Source of the DNA: Octopus sinensis | Lineage: Eukaryota | Direction of reading: 5' to 3' | Length of the DNA stretch: 64,000 nucleotides | NCBI RefSeq assembly: GCF_006345805.1 | Contig: NC_042998.1 | Coordinates: 9,734,001 to 9,798,000, forward strand | Part shown: piece after piece, positions 25,442 to 37,990 of the stretch | How positions within the stretch are numbered: the first letter of the stretch is position 1 | How the letters are laid out: every line of letters starts with the position of its first letter | Made by a program: the position numbers and the translations under genes | Notes under the pieces: generated by a model | What the model was told of the DNA's origin: nothing | Seen by the model: the letters and a program-made list of their open reading frames with translations, nothing else | The model's database searches: none

Positions 25442-26059
25442 AATCAGGACTCATGCCATTAGCCACAAAGAATAATCTCTAATTCGAGTCTACTCTAAGC
25501 TACTAAGAATGCGTGTCGTAACTTGAAGATCCACCCACCACACGCGATAGACTGGCAGTTGCACAGGCGCGAAAGCTATGTTGTTATCCTCATTCCATAA
25601 ACGGTGGCTTTTAATGGGTGGAGAGCTGAACCATCCTGGGGTACAGAGGATTCACAATCTAGACTAGGGTCTGAAAGTTTACCACACCATAGTGGGTTAC
25701 ACCATGGTTCCTCTGCTTTGTGGCAGAAGTAGGAAGAAAGAGTGAGAGAAAGTTGTGGTGAAAGAACGCAGCAGGGTTCGCCAGACCCCCACCCCACCGC
25801 CGGAGCAACGTGGAGCTTAGTTGTTTTTTGCTTAATAAACACTCACAATGCTCGGTCTGGGAATCGAAACCGCGTTCTTACGACTGCGCATCTGCTGCCC
25901 TAACCACTGGGCCATTGCGCCTCCACTGCTGGTTACTGTTGTTGGTAGATGTATTTAGATCAAGCAAGACCATGGTGATGATGCCAAGATAATCTTTTGG
26001 GAAATGGCTATAAATAGCAAGATAGGCACCCTTCCTTCCAATGTATGCACACACACTTG

Positions 26060-26093
<34 letters not shown>

Positions 26094-26097
26094 AACA

Positions 26098-26342
26098 CAG
26101 TGTTTCCCAACCATTCCTTTGATTCCTGTTTTACTCAAGTGGACCCTGCCTAGCTAGTCAATGTTAAAAAAATCCTATTATATTTTTATAATTAAATATT
26201 ATTAGGAATTGTATAAATATAATTATTAAAATATTTTGTGCATTGTGGAAATATAACCAATTTATTGCAGATAAGTTTTAACAACAAAATCTTATATGGA
26301 CCCCCCATCAAGGGCCATGTGAACCCCAGTTAAGAACCACTG
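26098..26342. mobile_element. hAT MITE with 8-bp TSD
   Basis: TIRs are cagtgtttcccaacc and gttaagaaccactg. There is a perfect CACCAACA duplication at 26090-26097 and 26343-26350. Confidence 0.85.
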
Positions 26343-27849
26343 CACCAACATACATGCATGATACACACATATACATGGGTGATCTGCTGGAGAGAATGGT
26401 AAATAGTTAATGGACAAAGGAATAGTATAAAAAACTTAGAAAAACTCTTATATATTTTGCAGACAGGCCTTGTCTTTCATTGTGACCTGGTGATTACCGC
26501 CCGTTGATAAGAGACAATAATCTCGAAACCGGTCCGGTGCGTATCACTCAGGCTTACGAGAAAGGGATGGCCTCCCTTTGCAAATACTTTAAGGGCACAG
26601 AAAGTGTGTCTAAAGCCAGCTGGAGACGATGATCTCCTGGGGCTAAAAAGCTACAGTAACACACCCCCCCTTTGTGGTTAGCCATATTAAGATGGCTTTT
26701 ATACTTTACATGGAATAGTATAAATCTTCTTGATAGAATGTTATTTCCTAAGATGGTACTTTACATATACTTGTTGTTCAGCCCCAGGTTAGTTCTTAGT
26801 AGCAATATAGGACCCAAGGCAACTCAATGCACTGGACTCTATAATAGTCATTTATTGAAAGTGGCAAGCTGGCAGAATCGGTAGCACGCTGGGCAAAATG
26901 CATAGCCATATTTCATCTGCCGTTACGTTCTGAGTTCAAATTCTGCCAAGGTCGACTTTGCCTTTTTATCCTTTCAGGGTCGATAAATTAAGTACCAGTT
27001 ACGCACTGGGGTCAATATAATCGACTTAACCCCTTTGTCTGTCCTTGTTTGTCCCCTCTGTGTTTAGCCCCTTGTGGGTAATAAAGAAATAGGTATTTCA
27101 TCTATCTTTACATTCTGAGTTCAAAGTCCGTTGAGGTCATCTTTGCCTCTCATCCTTTCGGGGTCGATAAATTAAGTACCAGTTGCATACTGGAGTCAAT
27201 CTAATTGACTGGCCCCATCCCCCCAAATTTTGGGCTTTGTGCCTAGAGTAGAAAAGAATATTCATTTACTGACTGCAATCCACAGCATACATAGATCAGA
27301 ATTGGGTCCCAGACTTGTGGGTCCCTCAAGCAATTGTCCAGTATATCCCTACCTTAAGAGAGCCCTGCCAAGCAGACTTATAATTAGAGATATTTCAAAC
27401 TATTTAAGATTATATTATCCAGTGTAATATTATCTTTTTTTAAGATATGATTACAATGTAGGGAAATTTGGCTCTTATTTCTAGCGATTCAAACAACCAT
27501 AGAGAGGCTCTCTCACTGCCTTAGCCTACATAAGGTTGAGAAAATGTGTGTGTACTTTATGATTAATTGTTATGTCACCTTCATTGACCTAATTTTTATT
27601 ACAATGGATTACACAAGGTAATTATTATCATATATTATTTTTTAATGTATGCTGATATCATTACTGGTTGTTTTATCAGAAAAGGGAAGTTTATAATCAG
27701 ATAGTTTCCAATGTTAATTTCTATTGATAATCAAAAATTCAACATTTTTGTGTGTAGGTAGATGACTGCAGCTTGATAACAGGGGCTGTGTTCCCAACTG
27801 TAGAACTCTTGGTAAAGTTTTATACCAGATTGCCATTGACACAACCAAA

Positions 27850-28490
27850 AAAAAGTGGGGAAAAAAAGGAAAAAAAGTAGAGAAAAGGTAAGAAAGTGAA
27901 AGGAAAAACATCAATGCAGCACCAAATGCTTCAATTGGTTGCACACCCCAAGGCTCAATGACACCTACGAAAGCAAGCCAGCATACTTGTTTGTTCCTTC
28001 TCGAGCCATCCTGGCTCATAAGGGCCAGTTTCCCGGTTTCCTTGGTGTATAGGTTCCCCACCTGGACAGGACGCCGGTCCGTCGCAGGTGATCTGCAAGA
28101 TGCAGGAGGAAAGAGTGAAAGAAAGTTGTGGCGAAAGAATCAGCAGAAGTTTAGCCATTACCTTCTGCCGGAGTTGCATGGAGCTTAGGTATTTTGCTTA
28201 TAAACATACACATCGCCCGGTCTGAGATTCGAACCCGCGATCCTTTGACTATGAGTCCACTGCTCTAACCACTAGGCCATGTGCCTCCACAAGCCAGCAT
28301 ACTTGCAGCATTACCATGGGCAATGACAAGGCTAAGGCACTGGAAAAGCCAAGCATTCTCATGGGCATCATCTGGCACCTTGGTGAAGTGAGCTGCCCAC
28401 AATGACATGAACTTCATGGTTAGTGGCCTGGTCCCTCCAAACGTCTCAAATGCCACAAGAAGAGATAGTTCATTGTCAGGTCCTGATATT
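27850..28490 (-). mobile_element. CRE-clade 3' fragment interrupted by SINE-D; duplicated at ~30515-31155
   Basis: AFETFGGTRPL...WLFQCLSLVIAHGNAASMLAC. The reading frame resumes across the SINE. Confidence 0.75.
27990..28289 (-). mobile_element. tRNA-derived SINE-D with 16-bp TSD (duplicate at ~30655-30954)
   Basis: A-box tggcctagtgg and B-box ggttcgaatc. CAAGCCAGCATACTTG lies at 27974-27989 and 28290-28305. Confidence 0.9.
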
Positions 28491-28605
28491 TCAGGGTTTT
28501 TGTTCCATTCATCTATGGAATATTAGCGAAATCTTCATCTCACACCATACCACAACACCCCACCCCCAATTTAATTATTTCATTTCTTAGAAATAAATAT
28601 TGAAA

Positions 28606-29905
28606 TCAAGCTGGCAGAAACATCAGCATGTGGGGTGAAAAACTTAGCAGTACTTCGTCTGCCATTACGTTCTGAGTTCAAATTCTGCCAAGGTCAACTT
28701 TGCCTTTCATCCTATCGGGGTCGATTAAATAAGTACCAGTTACACACTGAGGTCGATATAATCGACTTAATCCGTTTGTCTGTCCTTGTTTGTCCTCTCT
28801 GTGTTTAGCCCCTTGTGGGTAGTAAAGAAATAGGTATTTCATCTATCTTTACATTCTGAGTTCAAATTCTGCCAAGGTCGACTTTGCCTTTTTATCCTTT
28901 CAGGGTCGATAAATTAAGTACCAGTTACGCACTGGGGTCAATATAATCGACTTAACCCCTTTGTCTGTCCTTGTTTGTCCCCTCTGTGTTTAGCCCCTTG
29001 TGGGTAGTAAAGAAATAGGTATTTCATCTATCTTTACGTTCTGAGTTCAAATTCTGCCAAGGTCGACTTTGCCTTTTTATCCTTTCAGGGTCGATAAATT
29101 AAGTACCAGTTACGCACTGGGGTCAATATAATCGACTTAACCCCTTTGTCTGTCCTTGTTTGTCCCCTCTGTGTTTAGCCCCTTGTGGGTAATAAAGAAA
29201 TAGGTATTTCATCTATCTTTACGTTCTGAGTTCAAATTCTGCCAAGGTCGACTTTGCCTTTTTATCCTTTCAGGGTCGATAAATTAAGTACCAGTTACGC
29301 ACTGGGGTCAATATAATCGACTTAACCCCTTTGTCTGTCCTTGTTTGTCCCCTCTGTGTTTAGCCCCTTGTGGGTAATAAAGAAATAGGTATTTCATCTA
29401 TCTTTACGTTCTGAGTTCAAATTCTGCCAAGGTCGACTTTGCCTTTTTATCCTTTCAGGGTCGATAAATTAAGTACCAGTTACGCACTGGGGTCAATATA
29501 TCGACTTAACCCCTTTGTCTGTCCTTGTTTGTCCCCTCTGTGTTTAGCCCCTTGTGGGTAATAAAGAATAGGTATTTCATCTATCTTTACGTTCTGAGTT
29601 CAAATTCTGCCAAGGTCGACTTTGCCTTTTTATCCTTTCAGGGTCGATAAATTAAGTACCAGTTACGCACTGGGGTCAATATAATCGACTTAACCCCTTT
29701 GTCTGTCCTTGTTTGTCCCCTCTGTGTTTAGCCCCTTGTGGGTAATAAAGAAATAGGTATTTCATCTATCTTTACATTCTGAGTTCAAAGTCCGTTGAGG
29801 TCATCTTTGCCTCTCATCCTTTCGGGGTCGATAAATTAAGTACCAGTTGCATACTGGAGTCAATCTAATTGACTGGCCCCATCCCCCCAAATTTTGGGCT
29901 TTGTG
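28606..29905 (+). repeat. SINE-A concatemer: six ~185-bp units plus a terminal variant
   Basis: The anchor ttctgagttcaa occurs at 28670, 28854, 29039, 29224, 29409, 29592 and 29777. Confidence 0.95.
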
Positions 29906-31271
29906 CCTAGAGTAGAAAAGAATATTCATTTACTGACTGCAATCCACAGCATACATAGATCAGAATTGGGTCCCAGACTTGTGGGTCCCTCAAGCAATTG
30001 TCCAGTATATCCCTACCTTAAGAGAGCCCTGCCAAGCAGACTTATAATTAGAGATATTTCAAACTATTTAAGATTATATTATCCAGTGTAATATTATCTT
30101 TTTTTAAGATATGATTACAATGTAGGGAAATTTGGCTCTTATTTCTAGCGATTCAAACAACCATAGAGAGGCTCTCTCACTGCCTTAGCCTACATAAGGT
30201 TGAGAAAATGTGTGTGTACTTTATGATTAATTGTTATGTCACCTTCATTGACCTAATTTTTATTACAATGGATTACACAAGGTAATTATTATCATATATT
30301 ATTTTTTAATGTATGCTGATATCATTACTGGTTGTTTTATCAGAAAAGGGAAGTTTATAATCAGATAGTTTCCAATGTTAATTTCTATTGATAATCAAAA
30401 ATTCAACATTTTTGTGTGTAGGTAGATGACTGCAGCTTGATAACAGGGGCTGTGTTCCCAAACTGTAGAACTCTTGGTAAAGTTTTATACCAGATTGCCA
30501 TTGACACAACCAAAAAAAAGTGGGGAAAAAAAGGAAAAAAAGTAGAGAAAAGGTAAGAAAGTGAAAGGAAAAACATCAATGCAGCACCAAATGCTTCAAT
30601 TGGTTGCACACCCCAAGGCTCAATGACACCTACGAAAGCAAGCCAGCATACTTGTTTGTTCCTTCTCGAGCCATGCCTGGCTCATAAGGGCCAGTTTCCC
30701 GGTTTCCTTGGTGTATAGGTTCCCCACCTGGACAGGACGCCGGTCCGTCGCAGGTGATCTGCAAGATGCAGGAGGAAAGCGTGAAAGAAAGTTGTGGCGA
30801 AAGAATCAGCAGAAGTTTAGCCATTACCTTCTGCCGGAGTTGCATGGAGCTTAGGTATTTTGCTTATAAACATACACATCGCCCGGTCTGAGATTCGAAC
30901 CCGCGATCCTTTGACTATGAGTCCACTGCTCTAACCACTAGGCCATGTGCCTCCACAAGCCAGCATACTTGCAGCATTACCATGGGCAATGACAAGGCTA
31001 AGGCACTGGAAAAGCCAAGCATTCTCATGGGCATCATCTGGCACCTTGGTGAAGTGAGCTGCCCACAATGACATGAACTTCATGGTTAGTGGCCTGGTCC
31101 CTCCAAACGTCTCAAATGCCACAAGAAGAGATAGTTCATTGTCAGGTCCTGATATTTCAGGGTTTTTGTTCCATTCATCTATGGAATATTAGCGAAATCT
31201 TCATCTCACACCATACCACAACACCCCACCCCCAATTTAATTATTTCATTTCTTAGAAATAAATATTGAAA

Positions 31272-31990
31272 TCAAGCTGGCAGAAACATCAGCATGTGGG
31301 GTGAAAAACTTAGCAGTACTTCGTCTGCCATTACGTTCTGAGTTCAAATTCTGCCAAGGTCAACTTTGCCTTTCATCCTATCGGGGTCGATTAAATAAGT
31401 ACCAGTTACACACTGAGGTCGATATAATCGACTTAATCCGTTTGTCTGTCCTTGTTTGTCCCCTCTGTGTTTAGCCCCTTGTGTGTAGTAAAGAAATAGG
31501 TATTTCGTCTGCCGCTACGTTCTGAGTTCAAATTATGCCAAGGTCAACTTTGCCTTTTATCCTATCGGGGTCGATTAAATAAGTACCAGTTACACACTGA
31601 GGTCGATATAATCGACTTAATCCGTTTGTCTGTCCTTGTTTGTCCCCTCTGTGTTTAGCCCCTTGTGTGTAGTAAAGAAATAGGTATTTCGTCTGCCGCT
31701 ACGTTCTGAGTTCAAATTATGCCAAGGTCGATTTTGCCTTTCATCCTATCGGGGTCGATTAAATAAGTACCAGTTACACACTGAGGTCGATATAATCGAC
31801 TTAATCCGTTTGTCTGTCCTTGTTTGTCCTCTCTGTGTTTAGCCCCTTGTGGGTAGTAAAGAAATAGGTATTTCGTCTGCCGTTACGTTCTCAGTTCAAA
31901 TTTGCCTTTCATCCTTTCAGAGTCAATAAATTAAGTACCAGTTATGTCCTTGTTTGTCCCTTCTGTGTTTAGCCCGTTGTGGGCAATAAA
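31272..31990 (+). repeat. SINE-A concatemer: three 184-bp units plus a deleted unit
   Basis: Anchors at 31336, 31520, 31704 and 31888 (variant). Monomeric SINE-A copies lie at ~46555-46778 (minus) and ~48760-48980 (plus). Confidence 0.95.
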
Positions 31991-32038
31991 GAGATAAGAA
32001 ATAAAATATTGAAATCAAGTACAATACTTATATTTTAA

Positions 32039-32260
32039 CCCTTTCATTACTCTATTTATTTTGAGATGTTCTGTGTTTCTTTCAATTAATTTTAAATATA
32101 ACAAAGAATTCAGTAAAATAACTTAGTTATCGTTAAGCTAGTGTTAGGAACATAAATTGTGACTAAGGTTTGGTGAAAGATTTTAATTCAAAACTTATGA
32201 AAACAAGACATTTGTACTACAGAGCCAAGGCCGGTTTTGGCCGAGTTGGTAACGAAAGGG
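32039..32260. mobile_element. piggyBac-like MITE, family 2
   Basis: TTAA|ccctttcattac ... gtaacgaaaggg|TTAA. Confidence 0.85.
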
Positions 32261-32495
32261 TTAAACACATTTTCAAAAATGTCTCTCTAAAGATAAGAAT
32301 ATGAAGAGGAGGACATTGTGTTATCAATGAGCAGAAACCTGACTGATGATGTGCCAAGGTTCAATATAATTACATTATATGCCTTCACTTGCTTTAGTAA
32401 TTTACAGTGTGCATTTTATAGCAGCACCAGCATTAGAGAGGTTGTCAATACAAGACAGAAAGGTCCTCTCACCCCTGCACTGCAGTTTTGTTTAA

Positions 32496-33040
32496 CCCTT
32501 TAGCATTTAAACTGACCATAGGCGCAGGAGTGGCTGTGTGGTAAGTAGCTTGTTTACCAACCACATGCTTCCGGGTTCAGTCCCACTGCGTGGCACCTTG
32601 GGCAAGTGTCTTCCACTATAGCCTCGGACCGACCAATGCCTTGTGAGTGGATTTGGTAGACGGAAACTGAAAGAAGCCGTCGTATATATGTATATATATA
32701 TATGTATGTGTGTGTGTCTGTGTTCGTGTGTCTGTGTTTGTCTCTCTAGCATTGCTTGACAACCGATGCTGGTGTATTTATGTCCCTGTTACTTAGCGGT
32801 TCGGCAAAAGAGACCGATAGAATAAGTACTGGGCTTACAAAAGAATAAGTCCTGGGGTCGATTAAAGGCGGTGCTCCAGCATGGCCACAGTCAAATGACT
32901 GAAACAAGTAAAAGAGTAAAGAGAGTATATGAGGTCAAAATTTTTTTATGATCAAATGGGCCAGATCAGGCCGCTCACACTTACCATACAATGTCATTTG
33001 AAAAAAAAGTCACATCACTGAAATCTGAATGCTAAAAGAT
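32496..33040. mobile_element. piggyBac-like MITE family 1, interrupted by SINE-B at 32520-32926
   Basis: Starts TTAA|ccctttagcattt. The body resumes after the SINE tail and matches 3397-3615. Confidence 0.7.
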
Positions 33041-34292
33041 AATGAAGTAATAATTTCAGTGTGGAATAAAATTATAGGTGCAGGAGTGGCTGTGTGGTAA
33101 GAAGCTTGCTTACCAACCACATGGTTCCGGGTTCAGTCTCACTATGTGGCACCTTGGGCAAGTGTCTTCTACTATAGCCTCGAGCTGACCAAAGCCTTGT
33201 GAGTAGATTTGGTAGACGGAAACTGAAAGAAACCTGTCATATAAATGTGTGTGTGTGTCTTTGCTTGACAACTGATGTTGGTGCATTTACATCCCCATAA
33301 CTCAGCGGTTCAGTGAGAGAGACCAATAGAATAAGTGCCAAGCTTTAAAAAATTAAATACTAGGGTCAATTTATTCTACCAAAATTTCTCAAAGGCAGTG
33401 CCCCAGCATCCCGAAAGTTAAATGACTGAAGCAAGTAAAAAGTAAAAGAAATTTGCATTGTTATCATGGTTACACCAATGATTCAATTCAGAGTTATTAC
33501 TACATGTGAAAGAGCCATAATCCTAAGGATATCAAGTTGTTAAATAAGTATATTTATCTCTCATACTGCCTGACTTTTTATGGTCTAGATATCCTCCTGG
33601 AGTAATTTCATTGACCAGATCTGCAAGATTTCAGTAGCATGGATGCTCTGAATTACACTTTTCTCTATTAGATTATTATATGGTCTGATAGCAAAGTCTG
33701 TTAGAGGAGCTTTCTATGATAGTCACACGATTCTCTGAATCCATATCATATACTACAAATTTATATATATATATATATATATACAATATATCACGTAAAA
33801 AGCACCATCCGACCGTGGCCGTTTGCCAGACTTGTCTGGCACCTGTGCAGGTGGCACGTAAAAAGCCCCCACTACACTCATGGAGTGGTTGGCGTTAGGA
33901 AGGGCATCCAGCCGTAGAAACATTGCCAGATCAGACTGGGCCTGGTGCAGCCTTCTGGCTTCCCAGACCCCAGTTGCACCGTCCAACCCATGCCAGCATG
34001 GAAAGCGGACGCTAAACGATGATGATGATGATGATGATGATATATATATATATATATATAAAGGAGTTTGTATGATTGTGTATAGAGGGATATATATTAT
34101 TCAAAGGAATTTCAACTCTCTGTTTTTTATGTTTTATTTATATTCTTTATAATATTAATGTAGAATACAGAATATATAGTATAAATAGTATATATAGTAA
34201 AATTAAATGAAGTATTGATTGTCTTATTGAATATCAAATATTAAGGGACTTGTATACTTTCTTGCATTATATATATATATATATAAATTTAA

Positions 34293-34744
34293 ATTTAAAA
34301 TGAGGGTGAGAAATTGGATATTAATTTAATTAACATCGATTTAACACCAGTGGTCTAGCTGAAAGTTCAGTAAATTGTATTATATACATATGAGAGGGAT
34401 GACCACTATGTGGATAACCCTAATGCTAGAAGTAGATCCACTATGGTCTTACCATATGGTCTTCTCAAGAAAAATTTAGCAAACACCAGAACGTAAGCAA
34501 GCAAGAGAAATGAAAAGTAACAAATACAAATTATTCACATACATGTTTATTCACGCTTGCTTACGTTCTGGTGGTAAGACCATAGCAGATCTACTTCTAG
34601 CATAAGGGTTGTCCACATAGTGGTCATCCCTCTCATATGTATATAATACAATTTACTGAACTCTTAGATTTTAATATGCTAGACCACTGGTATTAAATTG
34701 ATGTTAATTAAATTAATATCCAATTCCTCACCCTCATTTTAAAT
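34293..34744. mobile_element. Foldback MITE with very long inverted arms
   Basis: 34293 to ~34452 is the reverse complement of ~34582-34744 with few differences. A further short arm (caccagaacgtaagcaagc) lies inside. TTAA occurs at both ends. Confidence 0.8.
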
Positions 34745-36664
34745 ACACACACACACACACACACATACATCTCTCTCTCTCTCTCTCTGAAGTTCATATC
34801 TTCAGTTTATCTCAATGAAACTGATAATCTTAGCTCGTCTGATCATGTCATTTTTATTTTCAATGCTTATTTATCAATGTATTGTATTATTATCTGTGTG
34901 GTCTGTTAAATCTGAAAGCCATTAAACTGAGGACTTTTAAATTGCATATGCTTCACAATATTATTCTTGGTGGAAAGGAATGTTATTCATAGTATTGTTA
35001 ACCGTAGTGTTTCAGTGGCCAGCTTATGTCTTACAGAATTTTATTTTGTTCCTCAAGTTCTGAGCTTGAAGTACTAGCAAGGACAATTTTAGCCTTTATC
35101 TCTCCAGGTTTAATGAGTACCAGTGATATAATGGAGTTAATGTAATTAACTATACCTCACCCCACAACAATGAATTATCATCATCATCATCATTTAGCGT
35201 CCGTTTTCCATGCTAGCATGGGTTGGACGGTTCAACTGGGATCTGTGAAGCCAGAAGGCTGCATCAGGCCCAGTCTGATCTGGCAGTGTTTCTACGGCTG
35301 GATGCCCTTCCTAACGCCAACCACTCTGTGAGTGTAGTGGGTGCTTTTTATGTGCCACCCACACAGGTGCCAGACAGAGCTGGCAAATGGCCACGAACGG
35401 ATGGTGCTTTTACGTGCCACCGGCACAGGGGCCAGGCGAGGCTGGCAACAGACACGAACGGATGGTGCTTTCACTTGCTTGGATTCATCACTTGCTCTCT
35501 CTTTCTATGCCTTTATATTGGGACAATTTTCAATCACATTTGCAGAGATATTAATGTTTGTTGAGGAAGCAATATTTGTAGATGTACAAAACCTGAATAA
35601 CTTTGTTTTATAGTATCATCAGATTAGTGAAGGCACGTAGCCTAGTGATAGGCTGTTGCTCTCACAATCATAAGATTGTGGTTTCAATACCCAGACTGGG
35701 TAGTCGGTTGTATTTTTTCAGCAAAACACTTCACTTCATGCTACTCTACAATCACTTTGACATTTGACCTGCAGCACATCAAACACCTGTACAAGCAAGG
35801 TTGATTTGATGGAAGGGGTGAGCTAATGTGCAGCACAACATTTTCAGTCTCTATATCTGATCCCATGGTGTGTTGTACTATTATTAACAGCTATAGGGAC
35901 CTTCATTTCTTTAAATATTTCCTAAGCAAGCTAATAGTCATCATAATCATCGTTTAACGTCCGCTTTCCATGCTAGCATGGGTTGGACGATTTGACTGAG
36001 GGCTGGCGAACCAGATGGCTACACCAGGCTTCAATCTTGATCTGGCAGAGTTTCTACAGCTGGATGCCCTTCCTAACGCCAACCACTTCGAGAGTGTAGT
36101 GGGTGCTTTTACGTGCCACCGGCACGAGTACCAGTTTATGTGGGGCATCCATCCGACTAGGATATGGCCAACACTTTTATCAGTTTTACCATGCATACTG
36201 CCTTCTTCATCTTTATCATTTTAATGTCCACTTTTCCCTACTTGCATGTGTCAGATGGAATTCACAGAGACAGAATTCTTTTACTTGTCTCCAAACAAAG
36301 TAATATTTCTCTATGAATAGACAGGTTTTCAAAGAAGACTGGAAATAAAGAACACATGTTTGCTGATGATGCTGATTTATAACTATTGCAGATTATCAGG
36401 ACAAGGAGACACACACATACACACACGATAGGATTTTTTCAATTTCTGCCTGCCAAATCCACTTGCAAGTCACTGGTCAACCTAGGGCTATAGAAGAAGA
36501 TACTCGCCCAAAATGCCATGCAGTAGGACTGAACCTCAAATCATATGGTTGGGAAACAAACTTCTTAACCAAAAGTTTGATATTTTACTGTAGTATATAT
36601 CTTTTACGTGTTTCAGATGCTGGGGCACAGCCTTAAAAGTTTTTTAGTTGAATGAATCGACCCC

Positions 36665-37430
36665 AGTACTTCTGAGTTCAAATGTCACCTGGGTTGACTT
36701 TGCCTTTTGATACTTTTGGGGTCAATGAAACAAGTACTAGTTGAGCACTGGGGTCAATATAATCAACTTGACCCTTCCTCTGAAATTGCTGGCCTTGTGC
36801 CAAAATTTGAAACCATTATTACATTTGTAGCTGAGGTGGTGAGCTGGTAAAGTCATTAGCCTGTCAAACAAAATGCTTAGAGGCATTTCATCCAGTTCTG
36901 AGTTCAGATTCAGCCATGGTAAACTTTACTTTTCATCCATTCAAGGTCAATGAAATAAGTACCAGTTGAGCACTGGGGTTGATACAATTACCTAACCTTT
37001 CCCCAAAAATTTCAGGCCTTGTGCCTAAAGTAGGAAAGATTATATCTGTACCTTTCTGGTTCTTTACTGTCTGGTTTCAAATCCTGTCAAAAATCAACTT
37101 TGCCTTTCAACCCTCTGGGGTCAATAAAGTATAGTTCCAGTCAAACACTGAGGCCGATAAAACATAGTAACAATCAAGTAACAGAGCTAATGGCATTGAC
37201 TAATTCCCTCAGCACAAAATTGCTAGTGTTATGCTTTAATTAGAAACAATTATTATACCTGTAATTAAGGCAGAATCATTAGCATGTGAGACGAAATTCA
37301 AATACTGCCATGGTTGACTATGCTTTTCATTCTTTTGGGGTTGTAAAATAAAGTACCAATCAAGATCTGGAGTTCATTTAATCAACTAACCTTTCTACCC
37401 AAACTTGTGCTCTTGTGTCTATGTTGAAAG
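36665..37430 (+). mobile_element. Head-to-tail cluster of about four decayed SINE-A-related copies
   Basis: Repeated gagttcaaat...ggggtcaatgaaataagtaccagt...ggccttgtgcc blocks. Similar clusters lie at ~30-300 (minus) and ~54565-55320. Confidence 0.7.
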
Positions 37431-37786
37431 CAATTATATTTGTACTCTGGTGCGCATGTATATTTAATGCTGAATGTATGTGTTTTTATAAAAATGTGTG
37501 GTTAGAGTTCTTATTTCTGCTAAATGTGTGTGCTTTTTTTTGCATATTAAATGCATTTTCTGGTTTGGCATTAGACTCTCTATTACTAGAAACTGTTTCA
37601 ACTTCTAGTAATAGATTTTATGCTTCTTCTAGAAGTAAACATTGAACCTAACTGTAGATATTTTATAAAGTATCTCTTGTTGCACAAAACCTTTTCTTCT
37701 GTCAAAGAAGAATATGACTGTCTCGGCTTTTGGCTGATGTAGTCTGAATTTTGTTAATAGGTTTCTTGTTTTCATACTTCAAAACA

Positions 37787-37990
37787 TCCTTCAAAACTTC
37801 CATGCTTCCTGAGATTCGCCAACACTACGCCTGATTTTCTCCCCTCCATACACACGCAAGCATGTATCTGACTCATACATTGTTCACTTTCCAGACATTT
37901 GTACATTACTGCATATGCTTTATACATACTTTTGACAAGTTGCGGTGCACCTGAGCACTGTATACAATAATTTCATTATTATTATATTAT
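37787..37990 (+). mobile_element. CR1-type LINE 3' end, same family as 62751-63550
   Basis: cttcaaaacttccatgcttcctgagattcgccaacactac...gcactgtatacaataatttcattattatt matches that 3' UTR. Confidence 0.85.

Larger units (their letters stand above)
26860..31455 (+). repeat. Near-identical tandem duplication, offset 2664-2666 bp
   Basis: ~27100-28790 is repeated at ~29764-31455 with five differences seen. Confidence 0.97.

Noticed and set aside
28670-29905. Regular array resembling CRISPR
   Set aside because: The units are contiguous 185-bp SINE bodies with no unique spacers, there are no cas genes, and the context is eukaryotic.
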